Assembly (NCBI RefSeq): GCF_009914755.1
Contig: NC_060933.1
Origin: the human T2T-CHM13v2.0 reference genome, Homo sapiens
Length of the DNA: 64,000 nucleotides
Strand: one strand, 5' to 3'
Part shown: positions 34,370 to 56,400 of the stretch, piece by piece
Numbering within the stretch: position 1 is the stretch's first letter
Layout of the letters: each line of letters starts with the position of its first letter
Position numbers and translations under genes: made by a program
The notes under the pieces: generated by a model
The model's input: only the letters and a program-made list of their open reading frames with translations
Databases searched by the model: none
Told to the model about the DNA's origin: nothing

Positions 34370-34678
34370 TTTTTTTATTTTATCTTTAATTTTTTTGGGA
34401 CAGGGTCTCGCTGTGTCACCTAGTCTGGAATGCAGTGGTGCAATCTTGGCTCTCTGCAGCCTCCGCCTTCTGGGTTCAAGCGATTCTTCTGCTTCAGCCT
34501 CCCTAGTAGCTGGGATTACAGGTATGCAACACCACGTCCAGCTAGTTTTTGTATTTGTTAGTAGAGATGGAATTTCACCATGTTGGCCAAGCTGGTCTTG
34601 AACTCTCAACCTCAGGTGATCTGCCTGCCTCAGCCTCCCAAAGGGCTGGGATTACAGGCGTGAGCCACCATGCCCGGC
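34370..34678 (-). mobile_element. AluS
   Basis: Antisense Alu. Confidence 0.87.
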
Positions 34679-35879
34679 TTTATTTTGAGAAATCTTTTAG
34701 TAATTGGCAACAGAAATGATAAGTTTTGATCATCCATTTCTAACAGTTGTCAGTCAACACTAGTCCTGTGTCTGCATATGAAGATTATTCACCTTTATAA
34801 GATTTCCAAAATAAATATGATGATGTTTCTCAAAATTAAGAATTGTTTGGAATTTAGGTTTACAACTTAAACACAACCAAACCCACAAAACAGACACATT
34901 CTAGCTAATACATTTTATGTGACAATTGATGTTTTGGCAAATGCAATCGCTATTCACAGTGTAAAGAGGATGCCCTTAGCGACGGCATGCATTTCTTTGG
35001 GTTTGCTTGCCTATATCACTGCATGCCCCATGGTACCTCAGTTCTCCCACCAGATTCCTCTATTCAAAAGATTATAAACTCTTCATTTATATAGCACAGT
35101 ATGAAGTCATTTGGGCTTCATTAGGCTCAGTATTGCCCATAGACCTAAGCAAACAGGAGGGACTCTTGCCGCCACATTTTAGAGGATCCAGTACACACAC
35201 GCGAGCACATAAATTTGTTAAAGGACAGATGAGAACTTCTGTGCTTGGGATCTGGCATTTGGCTCTGGCACAGAACAACCTGGAACTTTGAACGTCTGCT
35301 TCTGTGACTAACACCATTTATACCCTGTGGAAACACCTCTTGCCCTGTGTTCTTGAAAGAAAGGCGGCTGGGTTGGACTGCTGTGAAGGTTTACGAGTTA
35401 TGCCTCTGTCGAGGTCAGAAATGGACAGTGCATTTTAGTGCCGGGAATTGTTGAGCAGCAGAACTTAGGTAAGAGAAAAGGCAAATTATTAACTTCCAAA
35501 TACCTCCTCTCAGATCAGAGGAATTCAGTGGAATTGTGCACAACCGAGAATTGTTTCCCTTTAGTGAGAGTCCATTTTCCTGTTTTCCTTATTCTCATTT
35601 GTGATTCTGGAGCTCGTCAGAATTAGTTCACTATTCACAACAGTTGCACTGTTGGCTAAGGAACTATTTCTGCAATATTAAATATTTGATAATTCCTGTT
35701 ATATTTGTGTGTATATATATATAGGTTTATAAGTAACATAAGTGAAGCTTGATACTGATTCTCTAGTAACAAATATATTGTATTAAGATAATACAATTTG
35801 CAATACATATAATTTATGACAAAGTTAAAAATATCCTACTATTCTGTGATAATTGATCTTATGTATTATGGACTGAATG

Positions 35880-36179
35880 TGTATGGGATCTTTGGGGTGT
35901 CAATTTTCTGGCCAGAAACCTCTGTGGTCACAGCACCTTTGCCCGAGTTCTTGTCCTGTGTCCAGGTAGAAGAAGGTACACAGACAAGTGAAAGGTGAAC
36001 AAGACAAAGAGCTTTATTTAGTGTTACAACAGCTTGGAGGAGACCCACAGTGGGCAGCTCCTCTCTGTAGGCAGGTCATGTGTCCAGTGTTCAGTTCTCA
36101 GTAGAGAGGAGGCCCTGGAGAGGGTGGCTCCCCTCTGCAGACAGGTTGTCTCTGCAGCTCTCAGTGGAGAAGGTAGCTT

Positions 36180-36180
<1 letters not shown>
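35880..36180 (-). mobile_element. ERV1-class LTR fragment (MER52/LTR27-28-like)
   Basis: ATGGGATCTTTGGGGTGTC..TTTTCTGGCCAGAAACCTCTGTGG..CCTTTGCCCGAGTTCTTGTCCTG. Confidence 0.65.
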
Positions 36181-36716
<536 letters not shown>

Positions 36717-36792
36717 GTGTATTTTTTAATACAGTGTGTAAAATTTGTGATTCACTTCTGAATCTAAATATTGCTTTAAGAATTTCATTAGC

Positions 36793-37168
<376 letters not shown>

Positions 37169-37199
37169 CTAAGAACAATAATAATGTGAGAAAGTTTGT

Positions 37200-37558
37200 C
37201 CAATTGGTATTATTGTCATAGAACATAATTTATGTGAAAAATCTTACACTCATAATAATGTAATTAATTTTTTTGCTGATATAAAGGCAAAAAAAGAAAT
37301 TTTATGGTATAAACTAATTTATGAGCTACTTGTATATTTATTTTATTACTCATATCAAATGTCAATAGAACACCCAGATATAAAAAGTCATAAAGTTAGT
37401 TGTCTTTGATATTTAGTCAACTTTCAGTCATTCCAAAACCATAGTCTTAATATATATTTGTTACCTGGATTCATAACTTTTAAATATTTAGACATATAGA
37501 ATGTGAGCCTTCATCTGTATTCTTGCCTCAGGCCCCAAAAACGTTCAGATGAACCTGA
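37200..37558 (-). mobile_element. hAT-Tip100 (Zaphod/MER115-like) terminal fragment
   Basis: ATAACTTTTAAATATTTAGACATA..CTTGCCTCAGGCCCC..AACCTG terminus. Confidence 0.55.
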
Positions 37559-37798
37559 CTGGGCGAAGGTTTACACATGTTAAGCCTGCCACTGTTCTTT
37601 TCTCAATAGCAAAAGGAAATTAAAGTTGAAATATTTGCTAATTTATTGATCTTAAACAGATGTAAATGTAGGAGCTAATATTCATTTCATTAGCTAAATA
37701 GTGGCCATCCAGAAAATTTGTTATATTTTATATTGAGAATATTAGAAAATCTTTTAAGAGTATAATCAAAATGAAGATGCTGAGAATATATCAACTCA

Positions 37799-38183
<385 letters not shown>

Positions 38184-38426
38184 TCAGAAGTAAAATTGAA
38201 TTTTTTTCTAAAATTGGAAATGATTCTGTAGTGTACCTCAAATTGTATGACGTTAATGCAACCTTGCTTTTTAACACGTTTCAAGATACATCTGATAAAA
38301 ATGAGGTGGGACAGGAAGGAGTGTGTCTGTAAAGTGGAGGAGAGAGGTGGGACACAGCTGAAAGGCAGAAGTCTAAGATTGTGCAAGGAAATTGTCTTTG
38401 TTGCTATTGAGTAGCAGATAAATATA

Positions 38427-40647
<2,221 letters not shown>

Positions 40648-41273
40648 CTAGTGCTTTTATTTTGATAGCACTTCATGTTTTTGCCAACACCATTTGAGAG
40701 TACCTGTTTCTCAGTATTCTCACTAGCAGTGGATGTGGAGGCTGATTGCTTCTGAACCTGAAGCTTACATTTCAGGGCGTTTTTTTTTGCTTGAACATGT
40801 GAGTCCCCTTTCCCCTAGCCCTGGGACAAGCCTTAGCAATGTGCTCACAGGGTCAAAACTTGACAAAGTAAGTTATTTTTATGGCAGCCAGATAAGACAA
40901 CTGTACCTCTCCGGTCCAAATTCCCCTTCCCTTACTCTTGCCCTTGGGTTTTATGGCTTGCAGTGGCTGCCGGTTGAAAGTTGAGCTGGGATACATTTAT
41001 TTGAGTCTAGCAGGATGTATTTACAAGGTTCGCCGTCACTTCTGTGCATGGATACATTACTGCTGGACATCCTGGTATGCTTCTATGAAGATGCAGGGCC
41101 AGAGGTCACATCATGAAATGAATGTGTCTTGAGGCACCAGCACCAGATGAATGAGAGTACTAGAGAAGAACAAAGTTTGAAATGTAGAGCCAGAAGCTAG
41201 TCTGTAAAAAATTCTTCCCGTTGTCAAAGTTATATAATTGTAAATGAATGAATCACTCCTCACTGATGACTAA

Positions 41274-41636
<363 letters not shown>

Positions 41637-42108
41637 TAGATTTTTTTTTTCTTTCTTTCTTTTAGGTGGAACTTACCTGAAACAGAATAAGAATTCCTGG
41701 GTTTGTAGGCCAAAAATCTGTAACAGTACTATAAATAGCAAGAATGTCCGGTGGTAAGCCTGCTGAGGTATCAGGGGGCATTTTCGTACATTACCAACAA
41801 CAAATTTGAAGTTGAAAAAAAGTTTTGTAAACTACTAATAATAAAAAAGCAAAGCAAATTTCAATCAGCCATGCTAGAAGAAAGACTTCATTATCTTTCT
41901 ATTCTCTTTGGAATACTATAAAATAGTTGTCATATGAAGAATTTAGTAAAGAATATGCATTCAAAGACTATGGAAAATAGTATGATAGAGGTGTGCCAGG
42001 CAGCTAATAATTTTAATACGTTTGTGATGTTTGCGGTATTTATCAGTTTTGTAAAATTTATAATTGTGGCGATTTATTTTCCAAATTAATATTCAGCTTT
42101 GTATCAGG

Positions 42109-42420
42109 GTTTTTTGTTTGTTTGTTTCTTTGTTTTTTGAGATAGGGTCTCTCTCTGCCTCCCAAGCTGGAGTGCAGTGGCATGATCATAGCTCACTGTA
42201 GCCTTGAACTCCTGGGTCAAGTCATCCTCCCACTTCAGCCTCCTGAGTAGATGGAACTACAGGTGTGCATCACCATGCCCAGCTAATTTTTAAAATTTTT
42301 CGTAAAGACAAGGTCTCATTATATTGCCCACGCTGGTCTCCAACTCTTGGGCTCAAGCAATCCTCCTGCCTCGGCCTATGAAAGTGCTGGGATTACAGAT
42401 ATGAGCCACAGTGCCTGGCC
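42109..42420 (-). mobile_element. AluJ
   Basis: Antisense Alu. Confidence 0.85.
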
Positions 42421-42633
42421 TTGTACTAATTTTTATATTTGAAATTTTGAATTCTTTTTCTTGAGGAAGGCCCCCCAAATTGTTTAAATCTCATAAAGCA
42501 TGATTCCTTACCTTTTATTGGTCTTTTAACATTTGCTGGTAGGACAAGCAAAAATTGTATCTTTTTGTTTTCATCAACATTTTATTGATCTCTAGTGAGA
42601 CTGAATACATATTTTGATAATTTGTATTTTTTG

Positions 42634-42938
<305 letters not shown>

Positions 42939-43154
42939 TTAATACCTTGTGAGTCATTTGTGTTCCAAATAACTTTCTCCAGATTATCATTCATCTTTTC
43001 TTGTAACAGCTTTATTGATGTCTAATTCATATGCCATATCGGGGAGGGGAGTAACTTTACAGTGGAGAAACCTGGCAAACACTACCTTGACCAGGCAATT
43101 AAGTTTAACACCCTCAGTGATAAGCCATGTTGACAGTATGTGCCCTTGATATGA

Positions 43155-44335
<1,181 letters not shown>

Positions 44336-45230
44336 TCAAGACTGTCATAAGCAAGTAAAGTCCGAGAAACTGTCACAGACCAGAGGAGGCTAATGAGACA
44401 TGACTGCAAAATGTAATGTGGTATCCTGGGTGGGATTTCGGGATAAAAAAAATAACTTTGGGGAAAATCTAGTTAAATAAGAATAAAGTATACAGTTTAG
44501 TTAACAGCAATGTGCCAATATTGACTCCTTAGTTGTGACAAATGTACAAGAATGATACAGGATGTTAACAACGGAGACACGGCGTAAGGAGTACGCAAAA
44601 ACTCTGTACTATCTTTGCAACTTTTCTGGAAATCCAAACTATTCTAAAATTAAAAGTTTAAATTAAAAGAGGAGAGGACAATTATTGCTAGCCACATCCT
44701 TCCTCAGGGTGTATATCTATGCCAAGAAAGCATCCTGCCTCCGGAAACAAAGAATTGGTACCTCTACAGCCTAGTGCTTAATTTGAACCAATTATGTGGG
44801 TGGTCAGGAAGGAGTTGTGAGAAATCAGTTCCCCTGTCCAAATCTTCCTGCTAGCTCAGCGAAGCCTTCCAAAGGAAGCCTTCCATTCTGGCTGTCCTGG
44901 CCACGCCATGCATCCCACCCCAGCAAGCACCATGGTTCATAATGACAACAGTGCCCACCCAGATGCTGCTGAGGATTACCAGAAGGCTTATTCTCTGGAC
45001 CTGTTCCTTCTGGGTCTTGAACCCTGGCTCTGTTCTTGACCTTCGTCATTTGCTTTTGCCACCACCACCATTCACCTTGTTTTAGTGACTAATTCAGACC
45101 CCTGACTCTGGTTCTCTGGTCTCGGGTCTTCTCTTTACTCAGCTCTGCACAATCAATCCCTTAATTTCTGTACCACCTAGAGCTGCAGGTGGGAGATATT
45201 CCTTCCATCCTTCTTTACTTTTTCAACTAG

Positions 45231-45590
<360 letters not shown>

Positions 45591-46959
45591 GTCTCCCATT
45601 TTCATGAGTGGTCATGGTGGTGGTTTTCCGCCTGCCATATCACAGGAAGCCCTGAGTGGGAGCAGAGGGGGAAAACCAAGCCTCCTACCCTGCCAATCAG
45701 GAAATCCTGAGACCCTAGCATAATTCATTACCTTATATAGCTGGGGGGAATGGGGAAGCCCTTTCTCTAGCAAGTCACCTCACCTGGATCTATAATCTGG
45801 GCACGAAGTGTAATTTTATTGCTGTGCCCCCAGCACTGTCTTGCTACATTGCTAGCAGGTTATGCATAAAGACAAGGCCTCCTGCATACACTCTCTCACT
45901 ACCTCTGTGTAGTGAGGACTTGTCTGCAGGCCTGGGTTACAAAGCACAGGAAGGGTTGCACAGAGCTGGCATGGCTGGAGCTACCACAGTGGCAGAACCT
46001 GGGGCAAGGATCTGGAAGTCAGTGGAATTCCAAGGTTTTCGGAAGGATTAAGAGGTCTACCTTAGGAAGCCAGGAAATCTATTCTTTTTCTGTTTTAGAG
46101 CTTGCCCTCCATCTCTATAAAGCAGTGTTTCTCAATTTGTTTTTTGTTATCACTGCCCCTAAAGGGGAAGAGTTAATTAGGTTTAAATGCTCCCTAAAAG
46201 AAAAATTAAATACTAAGGAATAGGGCTGAACTTTGTGGGGGCCACAGACCACTATAATATTTAAGATTTTTTTTTGGCCTCCCTACCCCAAGAAGCAATT
46301 TACGTCCTTTTGAAGGTGATATTGGCTCTTTTGAGAATGCATGTTACAGAAGGATGGTACTCTTGCTGTGAACGTTGCCACCCACCAGGTGAACTCTCTT
46401 CTTAGACTTTCTCCTGCTTGCTTGTATTCTTTGTCTTCTTAATCCATAAGGATGAGTTCATCTGCAAGTCACAGGGATTCAAATTAAACTGCCTGACACC
46501 ATAAGGATGTTTATATTCTACAAAAGAAGTCTGGATTTAGATGCAGTGGCTCGGTGATGCCACCAAAGACACAGGCTCTTTCCATTTATCCACTCAGCTA
46601 TCCTCAGGGTAACCGGAATGTCTCCACTCATGGCCACAAGATGGCTGCAGCAGCTCCAGGCATTGGTCCACACATGATTGCATTTGAAAGGAAGGGAAAA
46701 GAGACAAGCAATGAACAATGAAGAAGGAGCAAATGACTCTCTGGTAGGCAACTGATAGTGGCTGACACTTCTCTCTCTTTTTGCTTATTTCCTCCTTTCT
46801 TTGTCATTAAACTAGCATCCCCCAAATCCACGTGTACATCAATGTGCATCAAAGTGGAAAGGATCATTGCCAGGAGCACTCTTGGTTGACCTCATGCAAA
46901 TTACTACCTCTGGGCCTCAGCTTCCTCACTTTTGAAGCAAGGGTGGAAGACTAGATGCC

Positions 46960-48096
<1,137 letters not shown>

Positions 48097-48492
48097 TAAG
48101 GATCACTCCTCGTGATGGAATCAAACACTCTCATGGAGGCACACAGCCAGTAAGTAGGTTTTCCATTCTATCCAAAGAATCACTGTTAATAAGACTCAGT
48201 GCCCGTGGTTCCAGTACTTGTCAGTTCCATATCTTCTCCAGCCCAACCTCTCTAATGGGTAGCCCTTACAAAGGAATACACATCCATGCCCACACTCCAT
48301 ACACCTGTGCCTGCTTGTAAAGAAAGCCAGGTAGCACGTATCCTTCAGTGATGGCAGTGAAAGGTGTTTCTATAGCCAGATGTGGCCCAGCTACTAGGAG
48401 CCTTCAGGGTAGGCCAAGGTTTTGAGGGCTCTGGAAAGTATCCACTCCTCTGTGATCTACTTCATGACCAGACTTATGAAATGAAACTATTG

Positions 48493-48807
48493 GCCGGGCA
48501 CGGTGGCTCACGCCTGTAATCCCAGCACTTTGGGAGGTCGAGGCAGGTGGATCACGAGGTCAGGAGATCAAGACCATCCTGGCTAACACGGTGAAACCCC
48601 GTCTCTACTAAAAATACAAAAACAAAATTAGCCGGGTGCGGTGGTGGGTGCCTGTAGTCTCAGCTACTCAGGGGGCTGAGGCAGGAGAATGGCATGAACC
48701 CAAGAGGTGGAGCTTGCAGTGAGCTGAGATCGCGCCACTGCACTCCAGCCTGGGTGACAGAGCGAGACTCCGTTTAAAAACAACAACAATAACAACAATA
48801 AAAAAAA
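48493..48807 (+). mobile_element. AluY
   Basis: GGCTAACACGGTG, GAATGGCATGAACC, GGAGCTTGCAG. Confidence 0.88.
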
Positions 48808-49152
48808 TTATCAACAAATAGGTTAGTTCATCTGAGCTCTTTTCTTAAAATTTTTTTTTAATTTAATATTTTTTGTGGGCACATAGTAGGCATATATATT
48901 TATGGGGTACATGAAATACTTTGATACAGGTATACAATGCATAATAACACATCAGGGTAAATGGGATATCCATCACCTCAATCTTCCCTTATATTTTAAG
49001 CGCCTGGTAGATGCTCACTAAAATAATCATAAAAGTTTAGGAGCAAAAGGACCTTGTAATATAATTTTCTAATAGAAAATTGCTTTCTAAGCAAGTTTTC
49101 AAACAGGATATTTATTTAAAGTAAGCACTTAAAGGTTTGGAATGTCAATTTA

Positions 49153-50132
<980 letters not shown>

Positions 50133-51029
50133 TGGAACACTAACTCCATGACTGTACTGTATAACTCACTGCATCAGGGTCTCCATGCTTTGCAAGCCAG
50201 GAGCTCTTCTATATGGAGAGATAAAATGATGCTATCATTCACCCACAAGCCCCTCTGCTGGTTCAGTAGCAAGTTCCAATTTCTTGTTAGCAAAACTGTT
50301 CAGATCCTGGACTCAAGTGGACCTTGTTTCTTTCCTGGGACATCATTGGCTGAATTAAATTGTCCACACAATTTTGTCTCTGTTGGGGATTGTGCCTTCT
50401 CACTTGCCCCCCTTGTTTGATACAGCCCTCTGTGGCTTGCGACATGTCATCCTGAATGCTCTCTGAAAACGTCCTTTGTCCTCACCAGCCGTCCACTTCA
50501 GAAGTGGTGGTGTTATTCTGAGGCAGGGCTTGGGATGCCATATAGAATAAAGCTATGATTGTACTAAAAACCACCAGAGGATAAGCGGCTAACACAAACA
50601 TGAAGAAGGCCTAAGCACATGCTGTACCAGGGGAAAGAATGAGCGAATGATGCATTGAGACTGCTTTGTTTCTGAGGTCTGGGTGCTCACAGGCAGCCCC
50701 AATACGCTTGCTAGTGAGGTCGATAGGATTTGTTTGGTAAGCGTACTAAATTCTGAGGCCCAAAGCCCTGTCTCCTGAAAGGTGCCAGCCTAAGTGTCTA
50801 AGATTCCTTATGAATTGGGAGGGCTCCATGCTGTGTTCTTGGGTTCTGGTGGCATTGGGGACCTCCCTCGCCCCTCATGCACACACATACATCTACTATC
50901 TTCCTCAGAGCTCAACCCTAGAAATCCAAGCTTCCCTCCATAAGTTCCAACAAACACCACAGCCTTCTGCTCTGATGGAGAAACGTTACACGTTTCCTCC
51001 TTACCACCATGCTGCTTTTAAAACTTTTA

Positions 51030-51365
<336 letters not shown>

Positions 51366-51579
51366 TTATTTCAGTGACAATTTCCCACCACAAGGAACAC
51401 TGAAATACCACAGGAAATGGTGAATATGAATGGGCAGGGCTGGGCTAAATTTCATCGTGGAAACTTTCTACCAAAATACTTTCCATACAAATTCACTTTC
51501 TTTAGTTTTGATGACTACCCACTGGATATTGTGGCCAGCTGCTATCGACCAACCAGGAAACTGGAAAATAAATAAATAA

Positions 51580-52187
<608 letters not shown>

Positions 52188-52214
52188 TGACAGAAAGGGA
52201 AAGGAAGGTAGGTA

Positions 52215-52430
52215 ATTAACATTTAGGGAGCACCTATTTTATGCCAGCACTTTGCTAGGACTATGACATAAAGAATGCTATATAACTCTCACAACCATCT
52301 CATAAGGTATTATTACCTGCTCTCCATTCTCCTCCTTTTTAGGTTAGGAACAGGTTCACTGAGGTTAGTAACTTGCTCATGGTCACCCACTTGTAGTGAC
52401 AAAGCCGAATTCAAATGTGGTTCTTTTTTC
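52215..52430 (-). mobile_element. MIR
   Basis: ATGCCAGCACTTTGCTAGG..CTCACAACCATCTCATAAGGTATTATTA..GAGGTTAGTAACTTGCTCATGGTCAC. Confidence 0.72.
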
Positions 52431-53599
52431 ACTTTCCCCTGGTGTACTAAAGAGAAAGCTTGTATAGAGTCTTAATCCATACGGATGTCCATTATATTTA
52501 AGGCAGCCTGGTTGTTAAAATAAGTAGCACCATTCAATAAGAAAAACCGATGTTATACATCTATAGATGTATATACTCATTTCTAGAAATACTCATTTCT
52601 AGTTATATTGTGCTATTCATTTTCATGCTAATTCAGAAGAACAGATAATAGGGTCTGTAGTAGTTGTAAGCAGCCCTTGAATGTGAAAGTGTTAACAATT
52701 TTAATCCAACTCCAAGAGGACCAGAACTTGGCATTCCTTAGATGCAGCATTTAAAATTGTTCCCAGTGCCCTTTGAATGCTACTTTTCCCAGCCAAGGCA
52801 GGCTTATGTGGAGGAGATAAAGATGATAGCTTGAGGACTAAGGGTCCAACCCTATATAAATTACATTGGGGGAAATAGGGGAAGGTCTTTGAAGCTCAGA
52901 GTCTCTGACTGATATTTTGGGTAGATTTCAACCCTCTGCATTCTCTTCTATTTGTTTCTAGAGAAAACTGTGGTAGAGGCCTTAGTGAATCCCAGAGTCA
53001 AGATCCGTCATCACCTTTTAGCAGGTAAGGCTAGGCAAACCTTTGAGTTTGGAATGGGTAGGGAAAATGTGGTCCCTCACGATGAGCCTCCCTACCCATT
53101 ACTTTGCTAGAGGGACTGAAAACCCTTTAAAGACTTGGCCTTGGAAACAGAAGATCTAGGGACAGGTAAGGTGGAAAAAGGAGGTGAACCTACACCCCAA
53201 AGGGCTGGAAGTAACACCTTGACTATTTGCACCACGCCAGCAAATAAAGCTGAGAATCAGCTCAGCCCAAGGCCTGGAAAGGAAGCACAAATGCATGAAG
53301 AATAACTTGAACCTCATGGTTCTTTCAAAAGTCTCTTCGGCCAAAGTGTGAGTTGAAGAGTCGCATATCATTTGAGACTCTCTACTCATGCTCGCTGTTC
53401 TGAGGTTTGACTTTACACAAATCCAGCTCAGCTGCAGAAGCAAGCCACAATGGGGACCTCAGAGTGAGCCTGAAGACTCCCCACACCGCCTCTTTGAAGT
53501 CCCTTCCAGGTTCCCCACCCGATGTCCTCTAGCTCATTTGAGCCTTGTCGCCCTTTATGCTATTCTTCCGATATGGGTCGTAATTCCGTCTATCTAGGG

Positions 53600-54950
53600 T
53601 TCTTCCTGCGCGTGCCTTAGAGGCCAGAAGACCCTGACTCACGTGCGTGTCCTCAAAGCCCCAGCCCCAAGCGTGGCTGCTGGTGGGCGCATCAGTAAAC
53701 GCGGGTGGAACGGAACAGGCTCCTCCAACCTCTTTTCCACCTCTGATTTCCGTTAGACATTTGCTCCGCACGGCGGCCTCCGCGAGGCAACGTTGGACAC
53801 TGGGAGGACAGCCGCAGAGGCCCAGGGCGCACTTCCTGCCGGGCGGGGGCGGGGCCGCGCCTCCTCCCTCCCTCCCTCCGTCCTTCCTTCCCCACGTGCC
53901 CCTTCCCCGCCCTCCCCGCCCCCTCCCGGGCGGCCGCGGCGCCTCGGGGGCGGGGCCGGAGCGGGTGGGCGGTGTGGCTGTGTGGGCTGGGCGCCGCGGC
54001 CGTGCTGCCAGCGGACCCGCGGCGGGCTCGGGCGCGGAGCGGGGGCGCGCGGCGCGGAGCGGAGCGTCTGAGCGCCGGCAGAGACCAGCCGGCGGGTGGC
54101 GGCGGCCCCCAGCACGGCCGGTGCAAGGCCTCGGGTTAAGCGGCGGCCGAGCGGGGCTCGGCCCGGGGTGCTCGGGGAGCTCGCCGCGGCGGGCAGCAGG
54201 AGGAAGCGGCGGCGGCGCGTCCCGAGCGGTGCGCGCCATGGCGGGCGGGCCCCCCAAGGCCCTGCCGTCCACGGGGCCCCACTCCCTGCGCGACATGCCG
54301 CACCCGCTGGCCGGCTCCAGCAGCGAGGAGGCCGTGGGTGGTGACAGCACGCCCAGCCCGGACCTGCTGATGGCCCGCAGCTTCGGTGACAAGGTGGGGC
54401 GCCTGGGGCCGGGGAGTGGGAGGCTTATTTCGCTCCCCGTGGGGGGGATGATGGATCCGGAGCCTTCGTGGGCCTGGGGCCGCGCCCACCCTGCCGCCCC
54501 TTCCCGGGGGACGGGCGTGTCCTGGCCCCGGAGCCCTCGGCGAAGCGTCTCCTCTGCCGCCTCCGCGGGGTCGCAGCCGCAGAGGGACAGGCTTCGCTGC
54601 CTGTGACTGGTCGCAAGCACCGGTGACAGCTGGTGGGGAGGGGTCCAGCCTGCGTGTTGGAGCGGGAGGCGTGTGTTCAGGGCAGGGCGCCTGTGTCCTC
54701 GGATGGGGTTCCGAGTTCCTCCAGGTGCATCCCTGCAGGCTGAGCTGCTGCATAACTTGTAGCTCCTCCAGTTTCCGAGACTGCACAGAAAGCAGGAGTT
54801 CCTGGCTTTCCGTGCTGGGACCGGGCAGCCCTGGGCTTACAGCGAGAGTCTTCTTCCCCCTAGTCAGTCATGTGGGGAGTGATCTTTGTTTAGGTTTGCT
54901 GTTTGTCCTGAGGAGTCACCTGACTCAGACCCCAGCCGGCGGCGGGAGGA
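53600..54950 (+). promoter_or_regulatory. SNX30: CpG-island promoter, GC-rich 5'UTR and first-intron start of SNX30 (TSS roughly 53950-54050)
   Basis: Very high GC/CpG; GC boxes GGGGCGGGG (53846, 53947); E-boxes CACGTG (53640, 53893); ETS CACTTCCTG (~53830); AP-1 TGACTCA (53635). Confidence 0.87.
54238..54393 (+). CDS. SNX30: SNX30 (sorting nexin 30) exon 1 coding part, 52 codons MAGGPPKALPSTGPHSLRDMPHPLAGSSSEEAVGGDSTPSPDLLMARSFGDK, phase-0 donor
   Basis: Matches the recalled SNX30 N-terminus. Optimal Kozak gcgcgccATGG; donor AAG|gtgggg at 54393/54394; INIP-SNX30 adjacency fits known gene order. Confidence 0.93.
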
Positions 54951-55568
54951 GAGCCTCGTTGTGGTTTTCTGTCTGGGGCTCCATTCACCTCCGACGGCCT
55001 ACCACTCTGTTTAGGTTTGGCAGAGGCTGGTTTTGTGGTTGATGGAAAGAAAGCTCGCCCTTTGACCTTCTTTGTACGGAGGGAGGCTCCAGATTTTCTT
55101 AGAGCAGCACAACCCTCCTGCTGCTTGGAGAGACAGCAGAGTCCAGGCAGGGGTAAGGGACGACCTCCTCCCTACCCCCATGGCCATTTCAGCTGTGAAG
55201 GAGACTTGAGCAGTGATTGTATCCCCGCTCCTGCCGTCACTTAGTCACTAACTGCAGAAATTAGAATTGTTCTCAGGTCTTGTGATCAAGACTTTCTCTC
55301 CCTAGTAAAATACTAAATGAATTCCCCCTTGTCCCAATATTAATGGGAGCAGGGGACCTAACTTTCTTCTCCCGTTAGAGGGGACACCATGTGGTACAGT
55401 GAAAAAGGAGTATGAGAAAATATAACCTGCCCTCCTTGCAGTCAGAAGGTCACTGAGCACTTAAAATCACTAGAGAGTGCGACTTGATGTACCTTCTGCA
55501 GAGGGTTTGTGAAAGCAGGGAGTGAAGTTCCAAAGCATTAGGAACAGGAAAATTAAAAAAGCTAATGG

Positions 55569-55848
55569 AGGCCAGGTGCAGTGGCTCACACCTGTAATAC
55601 CAGCACTTTGGGAGGCTGAAGTGGGATGATTGCTCTGAACCAAAAGTTTGAGACCAGCCTGGGCAACATATCGAGACCCCATTTCCACATACGCACACAG
55701 CATGGTGGCATGCACCTGTAATCCAGGCTACTCAGGAGGCTGAGGCGGGAGGATTGCTTGAGCCTGGGAGTTCAAGGCTGCAGTGAGCTATGATTGCACC
55801 GCTGTACTCCAGCCTGGGCAAGAGAGTGAGACCCTGTCTCCAAAAAAT
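55569..55848 (+). mobile_element. AluJ
   Basis: Sense Alu in SNX30 intron 1. Confidence 0.85.
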
Positions 55849-55955
55849 GTTGAATAACTGAATAAATTTGCTTTCTTATCGACAAAAATTGGTCTTAAAA
55901 TAGTGTAGGAACTGGGGGTTAAACCTCATTTCCTTCTCAGTTCTGTGTGGGACAC

Positions 55956-56400
55956 TGAATTAATTATCTATTGCTGTGTAGCAAATTACCCCAAAACTTA
56001 TCACCTGGAAATAGTGTCTGTGGGACAATCTGAGTGGTTCTGAATTAGGCCTTTCTTGAGGTTGCAGTCAAGTTGTTGGCTTGGGCTGCAGTCATCTGAA
56101 GGCTGGATTAGGGGAGGATCCACTTCTAAGCTCACTCACATGGCTGTTGGCAGGTCTTAGTTACTCTCCATAGGGCTGTTTGATGTGGCAACTGGTTTTT
56201 CCCCCCAGAGCAAGTGATCCAAGAGAGCTCAAGACTCTAGCCAGTCTTGTATAACTTATCTTGGAAATGACATGCCTCTGCTGTATTCTGTTGGTCACAC
56301 AGATTGACACTGGTACAATGTGGGGAGAGGGTGTGAATATCAGGGTGTGTATACCAAGAGGTGGGGATCATTGGGCCATCTTGGAGACTGGCTACTACAG
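55956..56400 (-). mobile_element. MLT1F-like LTR
   Basis: TATCTATTGCTGTGTAGCAAATTACCCCAAAACTTA..GGGCTGCAGTCATCTGAAGGCT..GGCCATCTTGGAGACTGGCTACTACA. Confidence 0.75.

Noticed and set aside
53529-54786. Long antisense and alternative-frame ORFs over the SNX30 CpG island (363 aa, 216 aa, 144 aa)
   Set aside because: Low-complexity Pro/Arg/Gly/Ala translations with mostly non-ATG starts. Stop codons are naturally rare in very GC-rich DNA, and I see no recognisable domain.
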